Source: Antedon mediterranea
Taxonomy: Eukaryota > Animalia > Echinodermata
Direction of reading: 5' to 3'
Assembly: GCF_964355755.1 (NCBI RefSeq)
Contig: NC_092676.1
Coordinates: 23,702,871 to 23,766,870, forward strand
Length of the DNA: 64,000 nucleotides
Shown here: positions 1-12,355 of the stretch, piece after piece
How the letters are laid out: every line of letters starts with the position of its first letter
How positions within the stretch are numbered: position 1 is the stretch's first letter
Made by a program: the position numbers and the translations under genes
The notes under the pieces: model-generated
Told to the model about the DNA's origin: nothing
The model's database searches: none
The model's input: the letters and a program-made list of their open reading frames with translations, nothing else

Positions 1-49
1 GCATATCACACTTTTTTGGTCAAACTAGTCTGATAGTGTAGACAGAGCT
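1..49 (+). mobile_element. MITE family A, right end (truncated by window)
   Basis: CAAACTAGTCTGATAGTGTAGACAGAGCT-TTA matches the family right TIR. Confidence 0.8.
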
Positions 50-133
50 TTATAGAAAAAATTAGTGTTAAAAGAGTAAAGCAAATAAGAGTGAAAAAAA
101 AACTAAAATGAATGATACATTTACCTCTCTTAC

Positions 134-286
134 CTGGATCAATTGGTGTATAAGCCTCGTCCCTCGTCACAGGGCTAGGCGCATCCTCTTGCGTCCCAAA
201 TGTATCAGTTGGCGGAGTTTGTTGCTTCTTGGAAGATATGGGCATACCAGGAAACCTGTGAGGACGGTTGAAAACCTTTTTTGGAA
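134..286 (-). CDS. EVA1C: EVA1C-like exon 6, Pro/Thr-rich stalk (alternative donor at 125)
   Basis: tttatttttcag acceptor in phase 1 gives ...KVVYAC-VPKKVFNRP..., matching the YACVPK junction of EVA1C family proteins; donors GTAAGA after 134 or GTAAAT after 125. Confidence 0.85.
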
Positions 287-1824
287 CTGAAAAATAAAAA
301 TTAAATTAAAAAACATTATTTAATATTATGTAATATATTTAATTTATTCTGAAATTGAAATTTTGGACAGTCATCTCTGCAAAGGGTCAAATAATTATTT
401 GGTCAGCAAGACAAATATTTTGTTACCTATTTACCAAAGTGATCTAATGAACAAAAAACACACTGAATTAATAGCTCTTATCAAAAAATGAAAATGATAA
501 CCCCTTAAATACCATAGGCATAAAAAAAAAAATGTGCGATGTATGTTACCATAGCTGTCAACTATTTTTAAAACTCCCAAACAAAAAATTATTTGCTTTT
601 TCCCTTGTTGGCAATATTTCAACACATAAACTTCCAATTAATATCTAGGGTCTTAAAAAATAACCATAACGCAGTTTCATCAAATTAAAGAGGTTGTCAA
701 GGGCTTTATATAACCAACACACTATTCCAGTCTCATAAACTGGTCATAAGGCAGAGAGTTGGCCCAATATAACGATCAAATCTCAGCGCTATAGTAGACC
801 CATAAAAAGAAACCGAGACCTAGTTATGATAAGTAGATGGTAACTTTAATAATATTTCATAGGCATACACTTACTTCTATAATAACTACAATATTTCTTT
901 CACATATTATCCTGTTAAAGTTCACTGAATGCACACACTCATATTTACCTTGTTTGGTATAACCAGATGCAAATTGGGTAGGCTACACCCTTCTTCTCAC
1001 CCCTGAACACAATGACACCCCGAAACCTACAATTTTGACAACCTACCAACAAAGATTACTATTGACAAAGCTATGATAGACGCCTTGTTTTGACATCTGC
1101 TTACATTGTTATACCTCCAAGCCAAAAATGCATTCATCCAAACGCATGTGTACTCAAAATACTACGCAAATAGTCAAGCAAATTATTGTTATTGTCGTCT
1201 TAATTATAATCCAGCTCTTGTTACAAACGTCTGCGATTTCTTTACAGAATGCTTTAACATCCAAAAAGTCTTGTATTTCAACACAACAATATAAGATAGG
1301 TTTTATAACACTTGGGAATTTGAATAATATAAATAGAACTTATAAATGAAGAAACTTTCTTTCTATATTTATTAATGACGTGGTTTTAAAAAGAGTGTTA
1401 ACTTTTGAAGACATTTTTTTCCCGTAGACTGTTTTTTATTATCTTAGTTGATTGTATCATTCTGAAGCAAAAATTAAAAATCAGATCATTCTTCTAGATT
1501 ACCTTTGTTCATTAATTTTCTTTTGACGGTTTCAGTCTCACTGAAAATATTTTCTTAAAAAAAGGAAAGTGTAGAGCAATATTAAAATTTACACTGTATT
1601 TCTCTGCAATTTCTTTTATAGGTCAAGGGTTAGTTTGCGATATTCATTCATCATTTGTCACTATTATAGTTTATGTCACATTTAAAGTGCTTAACGACAC
1701 ATGACATTTCAAACCGCATCCAGGGTATGTGAACATTTTGTTTTTAGTAGACAATGAATGTTAAGAAGCAGAAAAGGAAGTAAAACTTTCTAAATAATCT
1801 TGCACACATTTGTTTTAGCAAAAA

Positions 1825-1892
1825 GCAACACAGGATTTGAACACTGGATTCTCTGTATTGTAGGCAAGCATGTAAACACTAAGCTGTGTACC
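1825..1892 (-). pseudogene. Degenerate tRNA-derived SINE head
   Basis: A-box-like CAGCTTAGTGT and B-box-like GTTCAAATCC; stems do not fold cleanly. Confidence 0.4.
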
Positions 1893-1989
1893 AATCAGCA
1901 TTTATCAATAATTTTTTCAACAGAATATATTGAAAGAACAATTGGTAATTTTTTTTTATACGCATCAACAGCGAGCGGGATTGGAGTTG

Positions 1990-2088
1990 GAAAAGTCGTG
2001 AATCACAATCCTGGCACAAGGTCAGGGTTGAACCCTGGACATTGGGGTTTGAAGGCAAGCACTACTTAACCACAAAGCTACAGCTCCC
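1990..2088 (-). mobile_element. tRNA-derived SINE head
   Basis: GGAGCTGTAGCTTTGTGGTTAAG (A box) ... GGGTTCAACCC (B box); a related fragment lies at ~6395-6460. Confidence 0.5.
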
Positions 2089-3249
2089 CTACACAATTAT
2101 ACAGTAGTTGCACAATACAAATATATTTCCAATATCAAAAAGATGAAATTTAGGCTATAAATACAATCCAACAACAGCAAACAACAACTGTATTTCAGGT
2201 GCTCCTTGTAGGAGGTAGAATCCCCTGAGAGAGTCTTTGATGGAATTTTAATAACTAAGAACTGATTACAAATCTTTAATTCAATTATCAGAGGTCAGAT
2301 CTGATTTATAAAATTGAATTTCTATGGAACCACTCTCTCTAGATGGAGCTAGAAACCAAAGAACAGCAAATAAGCATGATTGACCTCAGTGACCTCTACA
2401 AATAATCTCAAATGTTCATAAATTATGAACATTTTAAGGTTAGCTTCTGGCGTAGAATACATCAACCTGAAAATATCATAAAAGTCATTTCCAAGGCATG
2501 TCTACAATAATGAAAAGAGATTTTCACATTTAATTATGCATGAGCCTTATACTAAATAATTATCCTGTATTGAATACAGCAGGAAATAAATGTTGATAAT
2601 TTACAACAATTTAATTTTTAAAATAAATAGTTTTTCCCCTCTAAATACCAAACAAACAAACTACAGATCCCTGAAATATGAAATACAAGGAAATACATAA
2701 ACAAAAAAATACTGCTTTACAGGGAAAAAATGAAATTTGGTATGCATTACTTGAATTTGGCGTGAAATCCACACAAATTAATTAAACAGGAATATTATTA
2801 TTATTGTATTAATTATACTTTGATATTTAGAATTGTTACATTTTCTATTCCTCTTATGAAATTTAGAAATAAAAATATTTTAATATATCTTTTATAAATT
2901 GTCCATTTATAAATTTTCATAAAAAATATAAAAATAAAATCCTAATTGAAATTTCAAAACATAAATCCACTTTTCCATTTTGATCTTATGTAGGATTTTA
3001 CAAAATGAGATATCAAAGGTTACTGCTAATTTGAAGCTTAGTATTAATCATAACCACGGTAAATCAACATTTTATTGATAAAAATATAATATTTATATGT
3101 AATCCATATTAGAAAGAGTGCATTTTATTACAGTCATAACTTGTAAGAAAGGAAAATATAAATTAACATAAATTACGACACTGACTTGAAGAAACTATTT
3201 TTATGTGTGGTTTTATATCGATAAATTAAACCATGAAGCAAATATATAT

Positions 3250-3449
3250 ATTGAATATGTTACTTTATATAACACCCAAATAATCATTTGATTAGATAAT
3301 TTTGGGTTACATGGAGTGCAATTGTATGTACTATTTGAAGATAGTCTTTTTTTGTTTTCACCTCATCTTCTACCTCATGAAATTATTTGTACCATTGCAC
3401 TCATAACCATTCATTATTTGTACAATATTTTATATCATAACATATCAAT
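3250..3449. repeat. Degenerate foldback (inverted-repeat) element
   Basis: ATTGAATATGTTA...GAGTGCAAT mirrored by ATTGCACTC...TAACATATCAAT. Confidence 0.5.
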
Positions 3450-5420
3450 TTATTATTTTTTTTATAGTATTTATTAAGAAACTTCAATGAACAGTCAACA
3501 GTACCTATACTAATATAGTAAATTGTTTCTTGTATATTCAAAACATAATATTTGTAGTGACTGCTACTGAAAAAATCAATATTGTTAAAACCTTGCTAAA
3601 GCCACTGTTAGTAATTCTTATATTTCTAATAAAAAAATAAATAATATGTTACTAAACCACTAATTCTTGAGTCTCAAATCTACTATATATTTAATTCCTT
3701 ACACTATTTCTAACCAGTTACCTGCATGTATCTATAAAATATAAGCCACTGAATGATTTCCAATATATTATTTCTCATTGGTACGTTTCAATAAATATAC
3801 CACAGTCACGAACTGAACTGATTCTAGAACGCTTCAATTAGATATTGCTGTCATTTCTTCTTAAATTTTTTCTCGTCGAGTCTTCAGTTCTGTTTACGAG
3901 AAACATCCGTTCATTGAACAGGTATTACACAGGTCAAAAATTCACTTGAATTACTTGAGGCGATTATTTGAATTTGGCTACAGAGATTCCATTGGTGTGT
4001 ATCGACACATGGTTGCTGGCATACTTGCACCTGGTCGAAAACATTAGTTTTAACACCTTTCTATTGTTGGCCAATTAAGAAAAGGAAATCACCGAAAACG
4101 AGGGAAGTGCATAGCATTCAACGAATTAGTAACACAGTGATATTTTTAACAAGGTGTGCAATTGTTAAAAGATAAAGAATCAATTCTTCTCTCATTATAA
4201 CAAACTGTATGTGTACTGCAGTAAACTCAAAAGTTAACAATCTAAATTCATTTTTGAGAGATGATTGATATACATTATCTATCAATAAAATATTAATTAC
4301 CATGACCACCATACAGCATTTTTAAAAATTAAAACCCCCTGAATTTAAATACAAATTTCAAGATATTATATAATTTAAAATTATATGTTTAGCAAAATAT
4401 TCACAAACAGCTTCTTTTTAATAGCTGAAATATCAACTTACAAACAACAGATGTAAAGATAGATACCTCCTACTTATAAAATCATCCACAAGCATTGACA
4501 TCATCATTTGAAATACCACAACTAAACCCTGCCAACGAACTCCCATCACCATGACAACAACACTCAAATCATCCTTGACAACAAAATAAAGGTCAATATG
4601 AGGTCAACACCTCATTCTCTCAATTTGATTGCTTATTTGTTAAAGAAGAAAAAATTGACTTCTGAACTAATTATAAGGTAAAGACATGTTATATCTATAT
4701 AAGCCAATGTAGCCAATCATAGTACTATGCATTTAATCACTTTATATCCTAATTCTGCAATCTAAGCCAATATACTGTTTGTTGTAGTTCATGAGGTCAA
4801 ATATGCCATGTAAGGAAGCCTTAACTATCAGTTTTCCCTCCCATATAGATCTTAAACTAACACAAACGAACATAGACAAAAGAATATCCTCGCTTAACGA
4901 TTTCTGACTCACCTGAAACAACACAGAGATCAACCGTGCATAAAAAACATTTATTCCATCAATAATTAGACAATATTCCTTCCTTATGCTCACATGGCCG
5001 TGGTGAACTAAAACGGCGAAACGACAAGATGAAATTTACTTTCATATCATGCCATCACATTTCCATGGCAACAACCTTCCTCCTAGTGGGTCCTACCGTG
5101 TTTCATTAACTAGGATAATTCTCAACATAACCAGTTTTATGCAACTTTGTAGCAGAGATTATGCTAGTTAAATAAATTTAATAATAAACTCCACAGAGAG
5201 ACGATACAAAAAGTGTTGATATGATGTTCTGTATGGTAGCATTTACACCTGTTTGTAGTTTCATTCATAAATTAATATTCAAAATTTAAAATGTTTTATA
5301 ATATTGTTTTTAGTTTAAGATAATGAAATATAAACAATATTTATCAGTCTGTTGAGTATTAATTTCATAATTTTCATTTCATTTCTCTTTATTGTATTTC
5401 GGAATTCAACACAACACTGA

Positions 5421-5785
5421 GGGCCTGTTCAGACCTACGGAGTTATGCTTTCGTATTGTACGCGGCGTACAACTCCATAGGTCTGAACCAGGAAAAGATT
5501 AGTGGAAGCCACCTCGTACGACACTGATCTTTCGTTCGTTACGACAGCTCAAGGTACAAGATTGGTGGACGCTGCTTATGATACGAAAGTCATGCATCAA
5601 CGATTTTGACCTCTAACCAATCAAAATTACTCCTGCATACCACATGTTCGCCCAAATCGGTGACACCTCAGTTTGAAACGAAAGCGTTAGTTAGGCAAAT
5701 CTGAACATTTTTCTGTTACGACGCTAATTATAATATGACATTGCTTGTGATACGAAAGCATAACTCCATAGATCTGAACATACCC
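5421..5785. mobile_element. MITE family B (Harbinger-like), ~36-bp TIRs
   Basis: GGGCCTGTTCAGACCTACGGAGTTATGCTTTCGTAT vs ATACGAAAGCATAACTCCATAGATCTGAACATACCC; TGA/TAA flanks. Confidence 0.8.
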
Positions 5786-6787
5786 TAAGACTTACAGCGA
5801 GGCCTCTAATGATAAACAGTTAGTTTATTTTTTTTATTTAAAATCATCTTTAATGAGGGAGTTTATTTTATTTATTTATGAGGATGGCCTATCCAGTCCA
5901 GGAGAAGGAACTGATCATTAAATGCCTCTCGAGAAAACATACAAATACAAAAATGTCAACAATATCTTTAGCTTTTTAGATTTACAAAAAAATGATTTCC
6001 AGTTCCATTTTGAATGCTTGTTTTTTATAACTACGGTACTACTATTTTACCAAAGGAGATTGAAGATTTCAGCAAATGGCATGTACAATAACCACAAATA
6101 TAAACATATTGTTTTTGTGAACAACCATCAACTGGATATTCCAAATAACTGGTTCACATAAATCATGTTTATTTTATTTCCTGTACAATACTGAAGCTTC
6201 TTTAATATTAACAGAAGATGCATCTATCTCAGTGGAATAGTATTCACGTTTTATTAGAATTTCTGTTGAAAGATATTTTGCAAAATAAAAATTGTTATTG
6301 TCTGTATAATCTATGAAAATTCCTTTCAAAAAAAATTCATTTATACTCATCTATGGAAAGAAGCTATTGTAATTAATATTGTGATTATTTGAAGCCAGGA
6401 GTAGACTTAACATTAGGTCAGAATTGAAGGCAAGCACAATCATTATTCACCAAGCTACAATTTGCATCTTTTCTTTTTTTATAGAAAACTAGGTTTCTAT
6501 GTGAATTTTATACTATTACTTTGGTTTTCTTAAAGCGTTCCTGGAAAATCTATTTTCTATTAACTTACGGATCAATATTCCTGTCATTATTTGAAAAATC
6601 ATTCAATTTTTTTTTTTCTTGGGTATCATTATAAAATGTTTTCTTCCACCTAAGAATTGAGAAATAATCATCGTAGTAGTGTATGTAGAAGACAATCTTT
6701 GCCATCACGTACAGTACACTTCCAAATCACATTAACCTTTAGGGCCTATCATTATAATCACTAATGTAAAATTGATGAGCAAAAGTC

Positions 6788-7005
6788 TTGTCTAATCTAC
6801 TTTGCAATGCGCCTGATTACAACAACATAATTCCAGGCTCTGTAAGATCACCAAGTTCGTCTTATAAATTAGTTTGCATGCAAATATATTTATTTATAGT
6901 TTTCAATGCACTACCTAATTGTATACATAATTCATCTAGGTTGAAACAGTTTAAATCTGTCTTGTCCACTTGTTTTGTGGACGAAATAAAGTTATCTTAT
7001 CTTAT
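6788..7005 (+). mobile_element. CR1/L2-clade LINE 3' fragment
   Basis: FNALPNCIHNSSRLKQFKSVL fits the (W/F)NxLPxxIxxSxSLxxFKxxL ORF2 C-terminal pattern, followed by AATAAA and an (ATCTT)n tail. Confidence 0.6.
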
Positions 7006-7164
7006 GTCACATGGCTTCAGAGGGAAAAAGAAAAAAAGTTCATGAGCCTAGGTTCAAGTATGAAGCAAATGGGAAAATGATTAAATTCTGTTTTGCAAAA
7101 GATATATCTATTATTAAATATTAAAAAATGGTAGTAGAAATACCAGGAAATAAAGCAACGGTTT

Positions 7165-7283
7165 TAAAAGTTAAAATGCTCCGAATTTGTCATTGTAGCA
7201 AAAAAAAAAAAAATTGAACTGACTAAAAGTTAAAATGCTCCGAATTTGTCATTGTATAGCAGCAAAAAAAAATTAAACTGACT
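7165..7283. repeat. Local ~59-bp tandem duplication
   Basis: TAAAAGTTAAAATGCTCCGAATTTGTCATTGTA...(A)nTT.AACTGAC twice. Confidence 0.9.
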
Positions 7284-8549
7284 TGGTTTATTATTATTAT
7301 TTCAAATGTGCAAAAAAAAAATTCACATTAGAATCATTAATTACTTCTTTCGTATAAATTATTTAATATTTAGTCAGTACCAAGAGAGTTCATCTATCAA
7401 TTGAAATATTCAAAGCATCGATTCTTTATTCATATTAAATGAGAATTACAAACATGTGTTAAAATTAGACATTGTAATCAGTACAAGTCCTATTTATCAA
7501 ATCAGAGTACTATAAGTGCAACAAACTACACATCATTAATTTACAAGACAACAAACAACACGACTGCTTTTGAAGTAATACGTTATCAATTATGATTTTC
7601 TAACCTCTGTGACTCTCTCTGCTATAAATTCTCAACCATTTATTAGCACACATATGTAAGACTGATTGATGATTTTGAAAGTGAAATAGATAAAAACATC
7701 TTTGGTAAAATCAGAGACTATTGTGCAGATAAAAAGACTGTCTGCTGAAGAGGAACTGAGAGAGATAAATAGCTGGCTTGCAAAAAGGGGAATATTATAC
7801 CATGCTACCATGTCTGTTTGTTAGAAATTTTACGGAATATTACAGACTGATGTATGAAAATATTGTATACAAACTTCACTTGTTCTAAAACGGAAATACC
7901 AGGGTTTCCCACAATCTGCAGATTCTGGCAAAAACAGAAAGACAATTAATGCAGCAACTAGACAATGTCAGGCTACTGTAGGCCTATAGCTAGTGTACAT
8001 TGTTCACAAAACTACAAAACTAAAGACCATTTTTATCATAATTTACCATAAAACGAGGAATGATCTGGTTTAATATCTTTAAAGTAATGCATTATTTTTT
8101 TTAAACGTCAAAAACGGTATGGAATGGGACTTTAAGTGTACCTGTGTAAAGAAATATTCATTTTTCATCAAATGTTCATTGGGAAAAGAAAGTGACAAGA
8201 GTGCATCCAAAATTAAACAAACAGAACAAGTTAATGCCAAGTAAAGACAAGTTCATAAAATATACATTTCAGAACAATAACAAAGGTTATCCATGTCATG
8301 TTTATGTCATATAGGTACAATGAATTAAATTATTAAATCTTTAATATCCAATCCAGCCATATTATTCAAAGGTATATTCTCCCTGTTCTTTTGACAGATG
8401 TCCCTTTTATTGTTTCCTGAGTAGGGATGTCACAAACAAGGGATTGTACTGTTATAATACAATCAATGAACAATTCAATTCTTTTTTCAGGTATTTATTC
8501 AACAATTTAATAAACAAGAAGTAAAGGGTCTCGTACACAAACTAAAAGA

Positions 8550-8620
8550 CACACTATCAAAATTGTGACAAAAAATGTGATGGGCCCATATATGGAAATG
8601 ATGATCTCATATCACCACCA
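8550..8620 (+). mobile_element. MITE family A, degenerate partial copy
   Basis: ACACTATCAAA..TGTGACAAAAAATGTGATG..CCCATATATGG aligns to the family A left half. Confidence 0.65.
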
Positions 8621-8695
8621 CCACCTTTATAAAGAATATCAGCCCATGCAACTAACATAATCATGATACAATCACTTACAGAAAGAATTGTGTAA

Positions 8696-8916
8696 AGCTC
8701 TGTCTACACTATCAAACTTTATGTGAAAAAAATGTGATGTACCCATATACAGTATGAACATGATGTCATATCACTAGCATATTTGGGCATATCACTAGCA
8801 TATTTGGGCATATCACTAGCATATTTGGGCATATCACTACCATATTTGGGCATATCACTACCATATTTGGGCATATCGCACTTTTTTTATACTAGTTTGA
8901 TAGTGTAGACAGAGAT
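8696..8916 (+). mobile_element. MITE family A (PIF/Harbinger-like) with expanded 21-bp internal array
   Basis: TIRs AGCTCTGTCTACACTATCAAACT / AGTTTGATAGTGTAGACAGAG; T(A/T)A flanks; five CATATCACTA(G/C)CATATTTGGG units at 8767-8871. Confidence 0.88.
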
Positions 8917-9266
8917 TTATTTGCAAGGTCTGAATAAATTCTGGTATTGTTTTGTAGGAGGTCTAATCCCACAGTACTGTTGACTGATAAATCCTACAAA
9001 TCTGTCATGTAGAGAAATAATATATGGTTACTGTACTTTCATTTTGTTGAACATTTTGGCAAGAATACAAGGAAATCCTCGTGAAACGTGATCAAAAGAG
9101 ATGGATTAAAAATGATCATAGTAGGTGAATAACTATAAAGGCATGACTTTATATTCATGGTCAAACTAGTCAATAGATACCCACCATTTTAAAATTGTAT
9201 AGATTTTACAAAGACTACAAGGATTATTAGTGTAGTTGTGGTAAAATTGGTGAAATGAAGCTTAAA

Positions 9267-9426
9267 AACTCTGTCTCACTATCAAACTTTATGTGAAAAA
9301 AATGTGATGTGCCCATATATGGACACGATGATGTCATATCACTACCATATTTGAGCCTGTCACTACCATATTTGGGCACATTATACTTTTTTGTCAAACT
9401 AGTTTGATACTAGTGTACACAGAGCG
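9267..9426 (+). mobile_element. MITE family A copy
   Basis: Both TIRs present with small indels; two 21-bp units. Confidence 0.82.
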
Positions 9427-10926
9427 TAACACAGTAACATAGATCAACTAGAAAATTACTAATACATTTTTCATTGTCTCTAATCATGATCATGAATAAA
9501 TGATGTAATATTTAAACAAATTAAAGCTCCCATTTGAAATATTTATTCCTCAACTTTGTTAACTTTATAGCAGCATTTGATAAATATTGTAAACATTTTC
9601 TTGAAGTTGCCTGGAAAAAAAGATCTGAGTTAAAAAAGAGCTAATTTGCATTGTTGCTAAAAAAAAAAGTTTAAAAAGTTAAAGTTAAAAGTTAAGAAAA
9701 GCCACTGCATTGGTTTTGTTTTACTATTGTATCTAATGTCTATGTATCGTTGAGTGTACATACATACATGTTTGGTTTATAACGTTTATTTTGTATGTTG
9801 TTTAAGTTGACTGCACCACTAATGAGTGTGTTGCCACTGATCCAAAAGTGTTTGTCAATAAAGTTATTATTAATATTACTATCTTAAATAAACACATTAT
9901 ACATCGAGAACATGTAGTTATTTTAATTTTCTAAATACAGTATTTTTTTTCAAATAGAAAAATGGGATCTTCCACAGAATCTACCTGTGCAACCAGCAAA
10001 ATCATGAAGACAATGGAGTTCATAGAAGAGGTTAGTAGTAGTGTCGGTTAGTAGTGGTATAGGTCTAGCTCAATTTTTAATCAACTAGCAGTCAGTTCAT
10101 CTAATAGAAAAAAATGGGTAGTGGTCTGTTCTTCCATCCATAATGCTTGCATGCTGAAAAAGAATGCCCATGTTACAATCTTGGCTACAGGTACTATGTA
10201 TGGGCTTGCAGATGGCAATGAACTAAATATTGGGTGCCAATCATCATGTTTACAAGAAATTAACAATGCATACATCTTGTAAAGACGTACTTTTAAAATG
10301 AACAATGTTTGTTTTATATTCAATTTTCCATGTAAATGTCAATTGTAAAGAAAGTAAAAAGACTTTGTTCATTAAGCGAGATAAGCTTAATGCCATTGTA
10401 GTTTACAAACTTGGTGCCTTTTCAAGTTTTCCGTTCCCATTTTTAACATACGATTTTGCAAGTCATTTGATGAATATTACTGTAGCAAAACCAGAAATAT
10501 ATTTTTTTTCTTTCTACAGTGGTATGACCTATTATACAGTACATGTGCGGTCACAAAAGAAAGGGAATATGGCGTGTATGGGTGAGTGGGTGTTCTTCTT
10601 GACAAATAAAACCCTGTTATTTCTTAACAAGATTCCCCCTCCATAACATTACAATAAAAGCCAGGGGACTACAAATAATATAGAAAAACTGAATGTTGAT
10701 ACCCTAAAAAAAATTCCAACATTCACACTGGTTAAAATGACCATGTGCTAGCAGATTTTATTCACCTGTAAATAATACTACATTAAATTAAAGGGTGTTT
10801 TCAAAATAAATCATAATTGCAATAAACGCCACAGAAAACTGAATATTGAAAAACTGAATCTTGAATCACTCCTGGATCTTGTTTATAATTTCAGTGATGA
10901 TAGGCATAAGAAATAAAGTTTTAGCA

Positions 10927-11030
10927 AGAAAAGGAAACAATCTCTGTTCAAGCCACTGGGTTGTCAAAGATCTCTGTGAAAAAATGGTCAGGTTGAAACC
11001 TTACCAGCTCTACTAGTGGCTAAGGCCCTG
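10927..11030 (+). repeat. Dispersed repeat (hAT-like end), second copy at 53784-53890
   Basis: Shared AACAATCTCTGTTCAA.CCA.TGGGTTGTCAAAG...TGGTCAGGTTG.AACCTTACCA...GGCC.TG. Confidence 0.7.
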
Positions 11031-12208
11031 AATTTTCTTTGTTTTATATTAGGGTTCAACAGGAACTAAACGAATTAAAACAGTATATACCTATTCGTTA
11101 GACATGACCATATTTAGGATTATAATACTTAGTTTTCTAAAATCTTTATTGCCATAGGAAAGTTCAAAATAACTCTGATCTTCTGGCTTGATGCCCCATA
11201 AATTTAAATCTATAAATGAAAAGTTTCAGATCATCTTTCAGAACTTTAAAGAGGAATTTCTACCACATCCCTGTTAAATGAATTACAAAAAGATGTTGGA
11301 ATTATTGGCAAAAAATTCTTCAAATGAAAGAATGCAAACACAATTTTGTTATAAAATTGTTAGAGGGAATTTTCCAATAAGACCAGGTGTGTGTACATTT
11401 TTCTATCAACATAACATTTCATATTCATCATGGAGGTGTGCATATTTCCAAATACTTTTGGTGTTATAAAACTTTGAAAAGCTGCAGTTTAACTTTTCCA
11501 TAATCATCATTATTATGTTAGGCTTTGCGCACCAAAAAATGTGAGGGGCTGTAATGATATTTTGGTGTGGTAGTTAGTACAGTAGGGTGTTGTTTCCAAG
11601 CGTAATGTGCAGGGAGAATTATTGTTTCATTGCTACTCTCGTCATTGGTTTATGTTTATGTACTTTTTCCATGGTTCAGAGAAAAAAATGGTTACATAAT
11701 AAATTAACAGCAACGATTATTACTTCATATTTAATGTATGAACTGGACCTATATCGACAATAGCATGAAATGTGATTTTTCACCCAATTCAGGAAACATG
11801 ATCCAGTTGATAGGAAATTTAAAGCGAGTGCCTGAAGGAGAACATCTTTAATGCAACATTCACTTAAATTAATTGTTCTGGTACTTAGACACTCTTGTTA
11901 GGCTGCCTGTATCTTGACAGACATAAAGTAAGTCAGAGTAGCCCAAATACACTGAAGGGTACTGGACTATTTTTAACCATTATTATACAATGGTCTGAAC
12001 ACCCACCAGGAAACTTTATATGATGCCCTTTCCACCTAAAGATGTGACCTGTTTTTATATTCATCCTTCAAATTGAAGAAATCAGATTAGGTCCTCTATG
12101 GACCCTTGACGGCCATAGTCTAGCTCCTATCAGAATGTGGTCGAAATGGACCAATACACTGCGGAACCCAGTCTCTTTCAAAAGATACACTTGGTTCTTA
12201 CAGACTTA

Positions 12209-12355
12209 AGCTCTGTCTACACTATAAAAAAAGTATGATTTGCTCAAATATGGCAGTGATATGCCCTAACACCATAGTGATACGACATCATTATGTCTAT
12301 ATATGGGCACATCACGTTTTTTTGTCACATAAAGTTTGATAGTGTAGACCAAGCC
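12209..12355 (-). mobile_element. MITE family A copy, reverse orientation, inserted in a SINE-like repeat
   Basis: AGCTCTGTCTACACTAT ... AAAGTTTGATAGTGTAGAC; interior is the reverse complement of 8696/9267. Confidence 0.82.

Noticed and set aside
1825-2088. Functional tRNA genes
   Set aside because: A/B boxes are present but acceptor and anticodon stems do not pair; better explained as SINE heads.
5870-6190. Degraded LINE ORF2 fragment on the minus strand
   Set aside because: Tail-like (TTTA)n end but no unambiguous protein motif readable by eye.
8767-8871. CRISPR-like array of 21-bp repeats
   Set aside because: Units are contiguous with no spacers, lie inside a MITE, and the context is eukaryotic.
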